Shown here in pieces: positions 11,980 to 25,047 of a DNA stretch of 64,000 nt (position 1 is its first letter; each line of letters begins with the position of its first letter). The stretch comes from Tubiluchus corallicola. Taxonomy: Eukaryota; Animalia; Priapulida. The stretch is taken from assembly GCA_030141605.1 (NCBI GenBank), contig JAQGDQ010000870.1, positions 1 to 64,000 on the forward strand. Direction: 5' to 3'. The notes beneath the pieces were generated by a model, which was not told the origin of the DNA, did not search any database, and was given only the letters and a program-made list of their open reading frames with translations. Position numbers and translations under genes: made by a program.

Positions 11980-13972
11980 TTACTCTGAGTTTAGATAACC
12001 TGCGTGTTTATTGCTGTCTGCAGTGAAAGCCAAATAGTTCAGTTCATCTAGCCTAATCCGTCCTTGCCGTGAGGATTCTGGTATGTTCTTTGTATCTTCC
12101 TCCTGTAAGACGGCAGCAGCAGGCGAAACGATTTCTGGAAGCTGCTGTGGCGGCGGCGCTGGTTCTTCCGGCAACTCGGGAACAGGCGGAGTGTCCGGTA
12201 CACGGTCTGGAGGAATAATTGGTGGTGGAGGAATGATGGGTCTACCGCCATCAGTGTCTAGGTAACCTTGGTGTTTGAAACTAGGCTGCTGCCAGGCTAG
12301 CCAGTTCAACTGATCTAGAACAAGAGGCGGTTGAGCAGGCTCTGGAACTTTTTGCAAATCTTCTTCAGTTATCGCAGGTAAAGCAGGTGGAATAACCTCG
12401 ATTGGTTCTTCGTCCACAGGTGGTGGAACCTCAACAGGCGGTTGTATTTCGGGCCTGGGTGGCGGCACTATTGGTTGAATTTCTTCTACTGGTGGTCGTA
12501 TGATTGGTTGTATTGGTCGCACTGGCGGAAGAGTCTGCAACGGGCGTGTCGGTTGAACTGGTTGTTCTTGATTATAACCCTGATGTTTGTTACTTGGTTG
12601 TTGCAGAGCAAGCCAGTTTAAGAGATCCAACCTTAGTGGTGGCCGAACTGGTGGAATGTCCATTTCAATCTCATCAGTTATTACAGGTAAAGCGGGCGGT
12701 ACATCCGGTTGTGGCTCAGGAACAACAGGTCGGGTAGGCATGGGTAATGGGGGCAATACATTCGGCTGTGGCTCGGATGGTAGCGGTCGAGGTATCACAT
12801 CGGGTTCTGGTTCTTTGGGTGAAATATCAGGTACACGATTCGGTGGAATGACAGGAGGTTCTGGCCTGATTGGAGGTCTGGGGCGCACAGGCCTTTCTTC
12901 ATCAACATCTTGATAACCTTGATGTTTGAAGCTAGGCTGTTGCCATGCCAACCAGTTCAACTGGTCAAGAACAAGACGAGGCCTAGCCTCTGGAACATTT
13001 CTCAGATCTTCGTCAGTTATCACAGGCAAAGCTGGAGGAATGATCTCTACGGGAGGCTCCTCTTCATCTGGTTCCTCTCCTAGAGTAGGGAGTTCTTCTG
13101 GCGGTGGTGGTTGCTCCCTTCTTGGGGGTGGCGGTTCCTCTCTTCCTGGTGGCGGTCTTCTCCTTGGAGGTAGAGTATCAACATCTTGATAACCATGATG
13201 CTTGTAGCTAAAGTCCTCCTTTCCTAGGTAGTTTAGCTCAAGCTGGGCTGATGCTACACAGATCAACTAAACAATAAAAAACATCTATCTAAAAGTAACT
13301 GCCTTTCAGGCTTACTTGCCATTTTACTTTATTATTAGTTTGTACAGTAATTATATTCCAGTGCATAACACGACACATTCCAAATTAATTAAGCAGTTAA
13401 TCAGTTAACTAAACAGATCAACTAAACACTTAATCAGGCTTTTGCGCATTATTTTTTCTAATCAGCACTAATCATCAATGAATAGCAGCAAAACATAAAA
13501 ATATAGAAATGTTTTTTCTGTATTAAACATTCAAAATTTAATGCAGTAAAGGACAGCTATACTATGCCGTTGTCCTTATATTTCAGCTTTCTTTAATAAA
13601 AATATTAGTTCTTATTGCCGGGTAGTTTTGATTAAAAATCTTGCTATTACCAGTTTTACAGTAAATATTAACTTTGCGACGTTTCGGCCACTAGAGAGAT
13701 TAGTTTTACATTTTATAAGCAGCATTATAGAATTTAAACATCACGCACATTTAAAATGACAATAGCCCATAGAATCTCCTCTGTATGTTCAGCTTCAGAT
13801 TTTTTATAGCCAGAGCCTCATCTAACAAGCATTCGAATTTGTATTTAAGCGTTATTCTAATAATAAAGAGGAGCATATTGTGATTTTTGCACCTATAAAT
13901 CAAAATCTTAATGTTAAAAATGAGAAATCGAATAAGACTTGCCAGCAAGCATAAACCAGTTGATTTCTTCAT
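11980..13972 (-). CDS. SP4: secreted Pro/Glu-rich repeat protein with five LN[WY]L-x5-SxKHxGY motifs, about 438 aa, 2 coding exons
   Basis: Exon 13972-13943 (MKKSTGLCLL, donor GCAAGT) joins in phase 0 to exon 13266-11980 (tttag|LICVASAQ...), giving the signal peptide MKKSTGLCLLLICVASA. The second exon is an uninterrupted 428-codon frame with internal repeats. Confidence 0.88.
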
Positions 13973-14132
13973 CTTTCCTAAAGCAACAAAAACAATTGTT
14001 TAGATGAAGTTTTTAATCATGGACACTTTAATCATGCAAAACACGCATTAAAATAATTCTGAAAGTTTGCTGGATCTTATTTTTTATTTTAACAACTATT
14101 TATTAATTGAGTTTATTGATTACAATAAAGAA

Positions 14133-14220
14133 TCCTACCTGATTCTCTTGTTTGCACACTTCTCTGGGATTACCAAACTCACTACAGTGCCGTAGTTTTT
14201 AATCATCTTCTCTTTTTATA
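14133..14220 (-). promoter_or_regulatory. putative TATA box and non-coding first exon of SP4
   Basis: TATAAAAA on the minus strand at 14220-14213, donor CAG|GTAGGA at 14138, and an acceptor (tttag, 13978) five bases before the ATG. Confidence 0.6.
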
Positions 14221-16585
14221 CTCGTCACCCCGTCCCTCTCGTCCTTCACAATCGTCAGCCACGTGGGAGAGGCTGTTGGCTGCTGAATATACATCCCTCC
14301 ACGGTCATCGTATTCAGGCGTAATTAAGATGAGACGAAAAAATCCACGATGTACTACCGAGTGAACAAGGCCAAGCTGGTTGTACCTCTACGCACAGAGG
14401 AGGCGTCTCCACAATACCCCACCATTAACTATGCCTTTCCTTTTAGACCTCATGCATAACTTCCGTCTACATTATTGCCGTCTCTACCCTGGCTGATCTG
14501 ACAAACCCGAGAAACAATTTGAAATTTTTTTACTAACGTTTTGATATATGCACGAATTCAGTAAAACGAATTGGGGGTTACCTGGATTCGAACTGCGCTG
14601 TGTTGCAAACAGCCGCGGGAGGCGATTTCGACAGTAATCGGAAAAAAGGCCAATACCTACGGATTACAAGTTGTGGATTAGCGATTAATGAAATTCAATT
14701 ACTACAAGATAAACAGACGATTAAATAGAATAGGTGTCGCTAAGGTCGCGCATGAGTTTAATTTCAAGCGTTTAATTGCTACTAACTCAAACGTCTGAAA
14801 ATTGCTTCATTCAGAAAAACGAAAGCTGGGTCCAGATCATACGAGTCACGGTCGTTTGCTTTGACAAGAATCGTCTGCAAATTTTGCAAAAAACTGCATA
14901 GGCATGCGAATGGAATGCTTGCCATGTTAATAAGACGCTAATTAAACTTTGACGGCATTAAAGTTTTTGAAACTTCGCGTTAATTACCATGTTATTATTA
15001 TCATCCCAATTTTACTACGACCAAATATCTGACCAAAGAAAACAGATAAATCCCGCGAGCGATTTGGACAATCCCAGTTTTAAATGCGTGCATTATGATC
15101 CATTAAGTACCAACACGTTACAACTTAGACCTCGCACGCCTGTTAATGATGTTTTGATTTTAAGGAACACTCTAATTTACCATTAGCAAATGACGATTAG
15201 TGAACGCTAATTTTCGCAGCGACTAATCACTCAGTAAACAGGTAGTGCCTCTCCTTTCCAAAATATATTCATTCTTCAGATTCCTGTAACAAGTCTTGTC
15301 TGGAAAATAAGCCGAAGACTTGCAACAGTAGAGCTTGTGAAAACTTTGCCAGGTAGAAGAGAACAAAAATGTATTTCTCTGCCGTCCACTTGACACAGTG
15401 TACCTTAATTTTGGCCATGAGTTTGTGCTTTTACTTTTCAATCTACTCTACTGTTCTGTGCCTGCAAAAGTAACACTTCTGCAATTCAGGCGATAATCCT
15501 ATTTATCCTATCTGACGACCGTGAGCTTATTTTAGTTTAATTGTGGAATGGAGGCACAAAACTCATTTCTTCGTTGCATGGTTTGTAAGAAGTTACGCAT
15601 ATCCTTCTCACAATAATTTGATATGAATAATCGTTTCCAATGCTCGCCAAAGTGCACTGCGATTTTCAGGGTGGATTATGAGACCTGGCACTTCGCCTTG
15701 TTTTTTAAATACTTTATAAATTATATAAAATTAAATAATTTTAAACAATTAACTAAGATTAAGTAATCGCACTACGTTGCGTATGTGTACATACTTTTGC
15801 ACACACGTCTCTAGTCTCAGTATTTCCAGTTGTATGCCAATATGTCAGTTTAGAGAAAGTGACAGTTATTGACGTCTTTCCAGGCATGTAGCGTGGTACT
15901 ACATAATTTACTCAACATAATAAAACAGTCTTTTTAGGACGATGTATCACTATCTACTAACATTACTGTTGAAATTTATAAGAACCTCATGCACTTTTAA
16001 TGACAAGAAAATAGCTCTTGAGCTGGAATTTGTTTGGCAACAGACTAGGCTAAAAAAAAGATGTATAGGGTTTTAGGCGTCCAGACGGACTGACAATTCT
16101 TCTTTGAAATCTAGGTCTCCCAGTCACTCACCAGAATTAACAACGCTCAACTTTTGTTTGCCAACTAAATAGTGTAAATTTGCATTTCTTTTTATTTTCA
16201 ATTACTTTTAAAAAGCCTCAAGAATGTGGACAACTTTAAACTGCAGCGTTTGATCTGAAACGTGCCACAACAAACAAAAATAAACAGTGACCTGTGGTTA
16301 CACAACATCTTGTCTTCTTTAGCTAATCTGTTGCTGCTAAAACATTGTTGAAAACTGGACATGTTTTTTTGGCGATACAGTTTTACAAACCGCGGTCAAA
16401 GAAGTCAGGGCTGTGTCAAAAGTGCCTTTCCGAGTTGTAAAGATACGAGATTACGCGCAATAACGCCAAGGTCAGTATTAATTTTTAAGTTTTTGAAGCA
16501 ACAACATTTTAGCCGTGATAATTGTTATCATGTTTTTGCCTTCGTAATTATATGCTCCATTACTTCAAGATATCAATATATTTCG

Positions 16586-16589
<4 letters not shown>

Positions 16590-16631
<42 letters not shown>

Positions 16632-16687
16632 CGTACGTGCGTGCGTGTGCGTGCGCGTGCGCGTGCGCGTGCGCGTGTGCGTGTGTG
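16590..16687. repeat. (TG)n/(TGCG)n microsatellite
   Basis: Directly visible. Confidence 0.95.
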
Positions 16688-16709
16688 ACGATGAAAATAT
16701 ATCTCTCCG

Positions 16710-17260
16710 TCCCTTACGCAGTACCCCTAATTGTGTTAGACCATATGGTCCAGTACAATCTCGGGAACGTTTTAGGGTATGTCGATTTAGGTTGTGTCGC
16801 TTCACCCCCACCTCCATATGGCTGTCAAATTTGAGCCAGAAATAGTCATTTTAGGACATTTGCAAATATAACGGCAAAGATGGCATCCAATGCACTACTC
16901 TTTAGGACATTTAACTAAAGCGATCCGTAGTGTAACATAAGAACCAGCATGACCCAAACAAGGTTTTAGACTAATGTCAATTTATATCGTCCCCTCCACA
17001 ATATAGCTGCCAAAATAGTGGTTTTAGGACATGAAACTGCATATAGCCATCTAATGTGACTATGTGGCAGTTTTAAGGGTGCATAGTTCGAATATTGATG
17101 TCCCCACTCTATCAGAATACAACACTCGCTGCCCCTTCTAATATGGCTGCCAAAATAGCATCCAAAATGGGACTTTTTGGTGAGATTCTGTTGTATATAG
17201 TCGTACGTAGTGTGCCATAAGCCCATAAAAACTGCTATAACATGACCCTGGGTATATTTG
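16710..17260. repeat. interspersed repeat with internal sub-repeats (ATATGGCTGCCAAAAT / TTTTAGGACAT)
   Basis: Three variants of atat[ga]gctg[ct]caaa within about 350 bp. A related segment (aaggttttag..., aaatatggcggccaaa) occurs at about 38640-38760. Confidence 0.4.
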
Positions 17261-18254
17261 AGACCCCGGGGCGTAATTTTGCAACTTTTAGTAAAACTAG
17301 AAACTTCTTATGTTTATAAATTATTTTAATGCACTGAAATGAATTTTAAATGAATGAAAATAAAATAATTAAATCCATTTCCGCAAAATCAAGTGGGCAA
17401 CATTATACTGGAATGGTCGGTGGAAAAAGTTTAGAAAACAATTATTGTCTACAACTAGTAATCGCTGCCACTACACAGCCAACTTACACCCACTTTTATG
17501 TATCACAAATGGAGCGAATATACTAGTTCTTGCTTCACAGTTCTCAATAGTGAGTGTTATTGATTGTAACATCGGAAATAGAATTGTCAATGCTAATCCA
17601 CTCACGAGCTTTATATTCCTTTACAGTAATTCTTTATAATGACATATTTTAGTGTTCCATGGTTATAGAAGAGGTATTCATATTAATTATAATAAATTAC
17701 ATTACTTTCATCTGCCATTGATAAAGCGCAGGTGTCATTGTGAAATTGATCCGTTTTGTGATAGTTACCCAACTTACGGTCTTAAACCTCCACGCGCTAC
17801 CTGGTCAATTTATAGCGACCGGAGGTCGCTACATTCAGCTATCTGTTCAATGCCGTTTCATTCTGTTCCTAGAAAGTGAGTCCATGGAGCATTACGGTCT
17901 TAAACTTTTAAGTTTAATCAGCGTTCAAGTCTAGCCACCGTAATAATTTTAACTTCAAATCTGTGTTTCATATGAAATCACTATTTAAGTTTTCAGCTTA
18001 ATTTTGTTATCACATTTTCATTTATTTTATTGTTTATTTTTTTTAGCTTATTTATAGTTATTTAAAGTCATTTGTTAGTTTCAGATAAACTATTTTGCTA
18101 TACGCAAGCGTAAAGTAAACAAAATCAAAAACCTTACATGTGAACGAAATTACCGTAACATTAGTTCAAAATTGGTGAATTGTATTATGGATTTCAAGTG
18201 CTATGCTTACTTTAAAGTAGCTACGGAAATACTTGAGGAAAACTTTTCATAATT

Positions 18255-18715
18255 TGTTTGTCTGCTTGCCTACTTGTTGGCTTGCTTGCTTCATCATTCG
18301 TTCGCTTATTCGTCTACCTGTATTCCTAACAATGTATCTTGTCCATGTCGGTCTATTTGTTTCCTTGTGTGTGTGTCCCCCTGTCTGTTTTCCTGTGTGC
18401 CTATCTGTCTGTCAGCTGGCCTGGCTGCGCTTTGTCTGTCTGTTTGTCTGTACATTAGTTTGTTTATTTTTCTGTTTTGTTTGTCGATTCGCTCGCCTGC
18501 CTGTCTACTTGTTCATGTCTCTGCTTGGCAGCTTAACCCCAAGCTGCATGACTGATTAGTTAGTTAGACCCACTATACTGGCTGTCTAGCTCGTTGAGTT
18601 GTTAGTTGGTCAGTTTGTTAGTTGATTAGTTTCGTGGGTGGTTGGGTGATTGGCTGGTTATTTAGTTGGTAAATTGGTAAGTTGGTAAGTTGGTTGATTG
18701 TATAATTGGTTGGAT
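18255..18715. repeat. degenerate tetranucleotide array (GTCT/GCTT/GTTA/GTTG)
   Basis: Period-4 low-complexity sequence that produces the spurious hydrophobic ORFs at 18233 and 18274. Confidence 0.8.
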
Positions 18716-21489
18716 ATACGTCATTTTGCCTGGATATACATCATTTTGACTATAAAAACAAAGTTCAATTTGGGTTTTGACGAAAAACTGCAAAATGACT
18801 CTAATATACAACAGTTGTACTTACCAAGTATGGAAGTTTTGCTGACTGAAATCTTATCCAAGCAAATAGGGTTTCTGATGTAATTTTGTCCATTAGATAC
18901 CACGGACGTGCAAAGGTCAAACCAATCAAAAACCGTCGCTCGTTATAATTAATTTAAACTATTTCTGAAGTCGCAGCGAATAAACGCATCAGTCTGCAGC
19001 CTGCAAGGCAACTATTTCCAGTTCCAGTTCCAGTTCTATTTTAGCCATCCACCTAGTGTACGTATTTGAGATCCATTTTCCAGTGGCAAGTTTTTTTATA
19101 CACCAAATGCTCAAAGTTTTAAAATCTGGATTGGGTTTATTTTTTTCTCTATTAAAAGAGTTTTATTATTGTTTAACTAAACTGTCACTTAAGTTATTAT
19201 CATTTAGCTATAGTTCAGTGAGGAACATTACATTCTATATGTGCCCCACTGCACACTAATAGTGGAATGCACTGTTGTGTTTTCCGTTTGCTTTTTGTAT
19301 TCTCCAAGACATACTTTGCGGAGCCCTATACCAGAGTTAAAATACCCATGAAAGCTGTAATGTATAAACAGTTAAAAAAACCTTTGTTCATCCGCTGGTT
19401 GTTTACTAAGACGCATTTTCAATCTAGCCAACAAACTATATTTTATGACTTTTTCCTAGATACATTTCCTTTTCTGTGTGTGCTAATCCGTTCACGTTTT
19501 TTAAAACCTTAAAAGGGTTACGTGGAGTAGTACAGAACCATGTAAACGAATTCTACCTTGAAGTCTTTGGGATTACGCGTTTGCAAGCACAAAAATTACA
19601 CTATAATACCCAAAACGGTCTTAGGACGCAGTACTTTACATATTATACCACTGCAACATGACAACAACAGCTTCTAGAGAAATACGTACACTAGTTTCCA
19701 ACAGAGAGATTTCGTTTATAAAACAAGGCACCACATCATAACCTGCAAAACAGTGGAATCCCTAAATGCATGTTACCTATATTATTTGAATTCAATCAAT
19801 GAATCAAACGCTGTTTTAGGATTAAAAGAACCTAACAATAAACAGTATACTCGTTAAACTAGATGACATTTTGACAAACAAGTCGTACAAGTAGCACAAT
19901 TTTTTGTTGGGCGTTTAGAATATTTATTAAAAAACAATTTACAAAATACATATAATAATCTCAGTGTATAAAAATCATTTAAGTTTAATAACAGTGCACT
20001 TTGCATATTAACCATGATGTAGAAATCATTTTTATCCCACCGATTGTGTCTATTGAAATGGTAATATTTTTCATAGAGAAAATCGTTTTCATGTTGTACT
20101 ATAACGTCAATTTCCTTCAATTTCTCGACATAAAGTATTTTCCACTACATCATTTTATCTGTATACAATGGAAGAGAGATTTGTAAAGGAAGATAAAATC
20201 GCAAACTTTATACAATTCGGCGACAGACCTTCAAATTCGGCAAGACTGACCTCAAACTTTACAAACGAAAAGCGAAAGTGAACACTGTTTCCTAATATCA
20301 CAGAAAAACCAACCACTGGGCGTGTTAAGTCGGGTTATCCTTCGGTTTAACAACACTGACACACAGCATGGCACAAGTAGCACAAAACCAAGTAGCTCCT
20401 GACTTTTGTTCTGCGAAAAAGACCTCGGGTTCGCAACGTTCAAAGTGACAAAAGTTCTATTGGAAACTGTATCACAACGTGCAACACATACAAAACTAGC
20501 ATAGTAATTATGAGCTGTATATAGGTGCAGGTAGATTTGTTGCGGAACAAATATAACGCATTTTTTTCTTTCATTTATGGATTGGGTATTTCGTATATAA
20601 ATAACGACGAACTAGATAGGTGCTTGCCTGGTGCATCTGTCACACATCATGGCAGTGCAAAGTGTTTAGAGTACGTTTGCATACAGTAAAGTAATTTCTT
20701 TTGTCAAAGGTTTTTTCTGTCAAACAAGAAAAAGTTGTTACAATTATAATACGTTACCAAGACGAGCAATTTTCGTGTCTCTTACATGAATTTACACACA
20801 TTCTTACATTTAAGCAATTGAAAATTTATTGTACAAATTGTCTTTTGTTTTTGAAAAGCAAGGTGTCTTTATGATTGTGTCAGAATTAGCGTCTGAATTA
20901 TTAATGCTTATCATCCTTCATCTAGCTGACCCACTCTGTCAGGTTATCTTATGTTTTGTAGTTTTATACATTGTATGACTATATAGTCTATATGACTAAA
21001 TTTTGCACACAAATGAAAGGCAATTTCAGTACACTGATACGCCTTCAAATTGCTCTAGTATGAACAGGATGAGACTGGGTGCTTGTAAAAAGTAAATTAG
21101 TTTTCCAGTATAATGTAATTGACGTTTGCAGAACTTATTTACGTGCATATGTTTAGAGCCACCGAACTCTTAAGACTAGTTTAATGTGCGCCCAACTAAT
21201 GTTCAATATCTCCCAGTACCACGATGCACAGGATGCATAAGAAGAACGTCATCTGTGCCAAAAAATCCGTGAACCCTATTGTCTTTTCTCCCGCTGCATT
21301 AGTGACCGTCGCTTGACGAAAGCACGTCGACTGACTTTCTGAAAAAAGCGCAGGCTTAATAACGCCATTTCAAAAATGCTAAGCTAGTTAGCATACTAAT
21401 CTGGAGACAAGCCTCTGATTACCCTGTATAATTATAACCTGTTCGGCACATTGTATGTTTTACTAAATGTTTTGAAATTAACTGTCAAA

Positions 21490-21835
21490 GAAAAATTAAA
21501 GAAAGACCGAATTATGGTGGTACGAATCCAATAACAGTAGGAAATGCGAAAAAGTTGGCACACAGCCTGAATTTGAATTACACACCTTCTGTTTACAAAG
21601 CAGATGACATTACAATAAGACTGTCAAATTCCCTAGTGATTATGACAGTCCAAAGTTCATCCCTAGCTGTCTAGTCATTTCAGCATTTCAAGTGTTTGAT
21701 TAATTTTTGCGTCTGAAATTCCAGTGGATTATTAATTAATTATTTGTAATCTTAATATCAAGATTACCATTAATGATTGTATAAGCCCAAAGTTCCGGTT
21801 CAAATCCATGGTCAACTAAGTAACTATTAGCTTAT
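21490..21835. repeat. copy of an interspersed repeat family containing a tRNA-like segment (other copies at about 40985-41115, 59080-59420, 9675-9710)
   Basis: Shared blocks atcttaatatcaagat...attaatga, tttgaacca, aaagcagatg and caaagttcatc. Confidence 0.6.
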
Positions 21836-21958
21836 AGAAACAAATTAATGATCGGCGAGAGCAGCCAGCGAAGTAGCGATGAAATGACAATTTGGGCACA
21901 ATTGGGAGAGAAACTTCGCTTTCTATTTTTGATGCTTCCTATATATAAGAAATGGGAA

Positions 21959-22129
21959 AGAATTTACGTTTCCCCACACAATTTAAATACCCTATTCCTA
22001 GCCCTAACCCTAACATTAACCCTAACCCAACCGCAACCTTAACCGTAACCTAAACCATAACCCAGCCCTAACCCTAACCCTAATCCGCCTCACGAATTGA
22101 TATCTTGTGTGTGGGGAATTGTAAACTCT
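21959..22129. mobile_element. short MITE-like element with imperfect TIRs enclosing degenerate (CCCTAA)n repeats
   Basis: Left end agaatttacgtttccccacaca versus reverse complement of the right end agagtttacaattccccacaca; internal ccctaa-like array at about 21990-22085. Confidence 0.6.
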
Positions 22130-22807
22130 AGCCAGAAAATGTTTCTTGCATTATAAATACAATTTAAGAATCTACATATCTGTATTAAATTCCCTTTTCT
22201 GAGCTACAAACGCCTAAATCTACAGAAAATGTCCAGAGTCCAAAGCCTCGTCGTACGATAAGTCCCATAATTCTGGTACTATTTTGGTAGAACATTCTTC
22301 TGAATGTCACTTTTTCTAAGCATCCTTACTTTTTTGAAAAGACAAACTATGCTACAAACCTGTAAGCTTCAGTGTTTTATTGGCATGTGCGAATTATTCC
22401 AATGGGATAGTAAATTGGATAAAATTAATTTTGATTTTCTTTCTTCCTATTTTGACTCCTTCTGCTTTTTATACTGAATTATCAGAACAGCTCAAATGGT
22501 TTTAGTACCACAAACAGCTAACAAAAAATTCAATATTGCAAACCATATTGACGGGACCTTTTATCTCACACTGAAAGCCGCAAAGCAGAGCAATAGAAGA
22601 GGCAATGAAACGAAAAGCAGTTACAAGTTGCCAAGCTTGGTTTCATACAACGTCGTAACATTATATTGCTTAGCAACATCAGTTACTAAATTGCACAAAA
22701 CGATGAGCGTTGCATAAAGGGAATGAATGGGAATAGATATTTCTTGATGGGGATTAAAATCCCTACTTCACGAAACACTACTAATAAGACTACAACCGAG
22801 GCATAAA

Positions 22808-22887
22808 ATCTCTCTCATCCCCCTCTCCCTCCCTCTCCCTCCCTCGCTCTCTCTTCTCTTCTCTCTCTCTCTCTCTCTCTCTCTTCT

Positions 22888-22927
<40 letters not shown>

Positions 22928-22948
22928 CCCCCCCTCTCTCTCTTTCTC
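22808..22948. repeat. (CT)n microsatellite
   Basis: Directly visible. Confidence 0.95.
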
Positions 22949-23195
22949 GCTTCTCAAGTGATCTAATCTACCTGAATTTAGAGAGTTACTGTTGACAATT
23001 GCGCACAGACCAGTAAAGCACACACAAGCACAATAAATTTCTTAACCAACGAAAAATGTCAGTTCTAAAACACTCGTTGTCAAACGATAGTTTTATCTGA
23101 TTATTGTTAACCTAGGCATTATTAGTAGTTTAAATATGTATTAAAGATTTTTTCCTTATTAATGAAGGTACTAGGCAGAAACGAGTGAATTATAG

Positions 23196-24980
23196 TCACT
23201 TTCTTCTACAGGTGCATTTGTAACAAAGTGTTTTATCATTCAGAGCACACCAGCAAGCTGTCCTGAGATGAAAATTAAAATGTAGTTTAGTTTTACACGC
23301 CTAGAATCAATGCTTTTTAAGTTGAAAATCATAACTAGATGGCACCACCAATCAACTTTACAGAAAAATCGATATTTCAAACAAATTTCAGACACCCGCG
23401 CGAATGTTTTAGCCAAGTTCACAATCAACCCGTTAACTCTAAACGATATTGACTTACCCATCTGGGTCTTCTTTGTCAGTAGTGCAATAACCTTGTTCTG
23501 TAACAAAAAAAACATTTAATTCTAGTTACACTCGCAGATAAAAATCTCCTTATATTACCGAGTTATCAGCACTGGACTTAAATAATAAAAGCATGGGTGA
23601 CCGCCGGGGAACGCTTCTGGACGACTTAATCTGCCATAATGTATCTAATTATGTGCCTCGTCGGGGGAGGATGTATAGTGTATACGCATCCGATATTTTT
23701 GTATGATACGTCTCTTTGTTCTATGACTCATCTACAGCGTTATTTCCTATGTTCCAATCCTGCCACAATTAGCTACACATGCTTTGTCGCTGAGTGTTGT
23801 ATCTCAGCTCGCACAGTGGTGAACTAATTGTAGAGAAATGAGACGCAAAGAAAAATTGCATGCTTATGATACTTGAAAACACATTGACATGACAGTTTTC
23901 GCAAGAGGATATCATGATGTCTCAGAAATCACTGTCTATACATACAATTTACGTTTTCCTAATTTTTTGGCAAACAAAGGACAACTTTTGAAAATTGTAC
24001 AAATTAACTAAAACCCTGGGCAATTCTTTGGGTGAAGTTAGACAAAATGGCCATGTGGAGATAGACAAGTCTAACGATAACGAGCTTTCACTAGCCTAGA
24101 AGACGTTTAACATTTTGCACCTTCACTGTTATGGTTGTTTAGAATAACAATAATGTTCAAAATAATTAATAATGTTGTTGCTAATGTGTTGCTCTATTAA
24201 GTCATTTGATGTCAATAATTAATAATCTATTAAATGCCTGTTTACTTTCTATATATTTATTATATATATACTGTAGTTGTAGATGTGCAAAAAATGTACG
24301 GGGTTTTCAAAAGTCCCTCATTGTTTTCTAAAAATATAGAAATGACAGTCGCATGACGAACCAGATAAAGACTAATGAGAATCTTGGTGGCATCGAACTT
24401 GGCTTCATAAGCCTTCTGTAGCGATTTTGCACATTATACGGCTATGACAGGCTTTTTCTGTCATATGTACAGCGATGCAGCAATTTTATATCTATACAAA
24501 CGTGGTAGCAGAGGGAAAGGACGCAAAACTTCAAATGTACAACCCTAAAATATTCAACTACCTAGTAAAAGTTTGCCACTAGACGAACTTGTTGGTCGAT
24601 GCTTTAACGAAAATTGAAAATCAAATTAGAGGGACTTTCAAAACACCGTATAGCATTGTATTGATTTTCATTAATGCAAAACTATTTGAGGTATATTACC
24701 TTCTGAACATTGAAGTAGAAGAGGTACAAGTGTTCGCCAATATTCACAATTTCTTGCTGATGGCCCTTGGCGACTGCCAGATATATTCACATCAAGTGTT
24801 TGATAATGTCGACCTTCCGTTGTCCAATGAGGCCATCTTTCTAAATTCGCAGAACTCTCTTCTAACTCTTCAAAGTTTTGATTAGGATTGCTGAAATGCA
24901 ATAATTTATGTAATAATGCGATTATAATTTATGTAATAATTTCATAATGATTTTGTTCATTCATGTTGTCATGACACAAT

Positions 24981-25047
<67 letters not shown>

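Noticed and set aside
11980-13266. SP4 as a neuropeptide precursor with repeated peptides
   Set aside because: The repeated motifs are not flanked by dibasic cleavage sites or G-K/R amidation signals.
15223-15460. Possible esterase exon or degenerate mariner-like transposase fragment (minus)
   Set aside because: Stops in all frames after the acceptor; resemblance to a transposase N-terminus is too weak and no TIRs were found.
17400-20450. Several 60-108-aa ORFs
   Set aside because: No recognisable motifs, no consistent splice chain, composition like background or low-complexity DNA.
21990-22085. True telomere or fusion site
   Set aside because: Short, degenerate, single orientation and enclosed by inverted repeats.
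24589-24885. 98-aa plus-strand ORF
   Set aside because: Antisense to the esterase coding exon 24890-24700.
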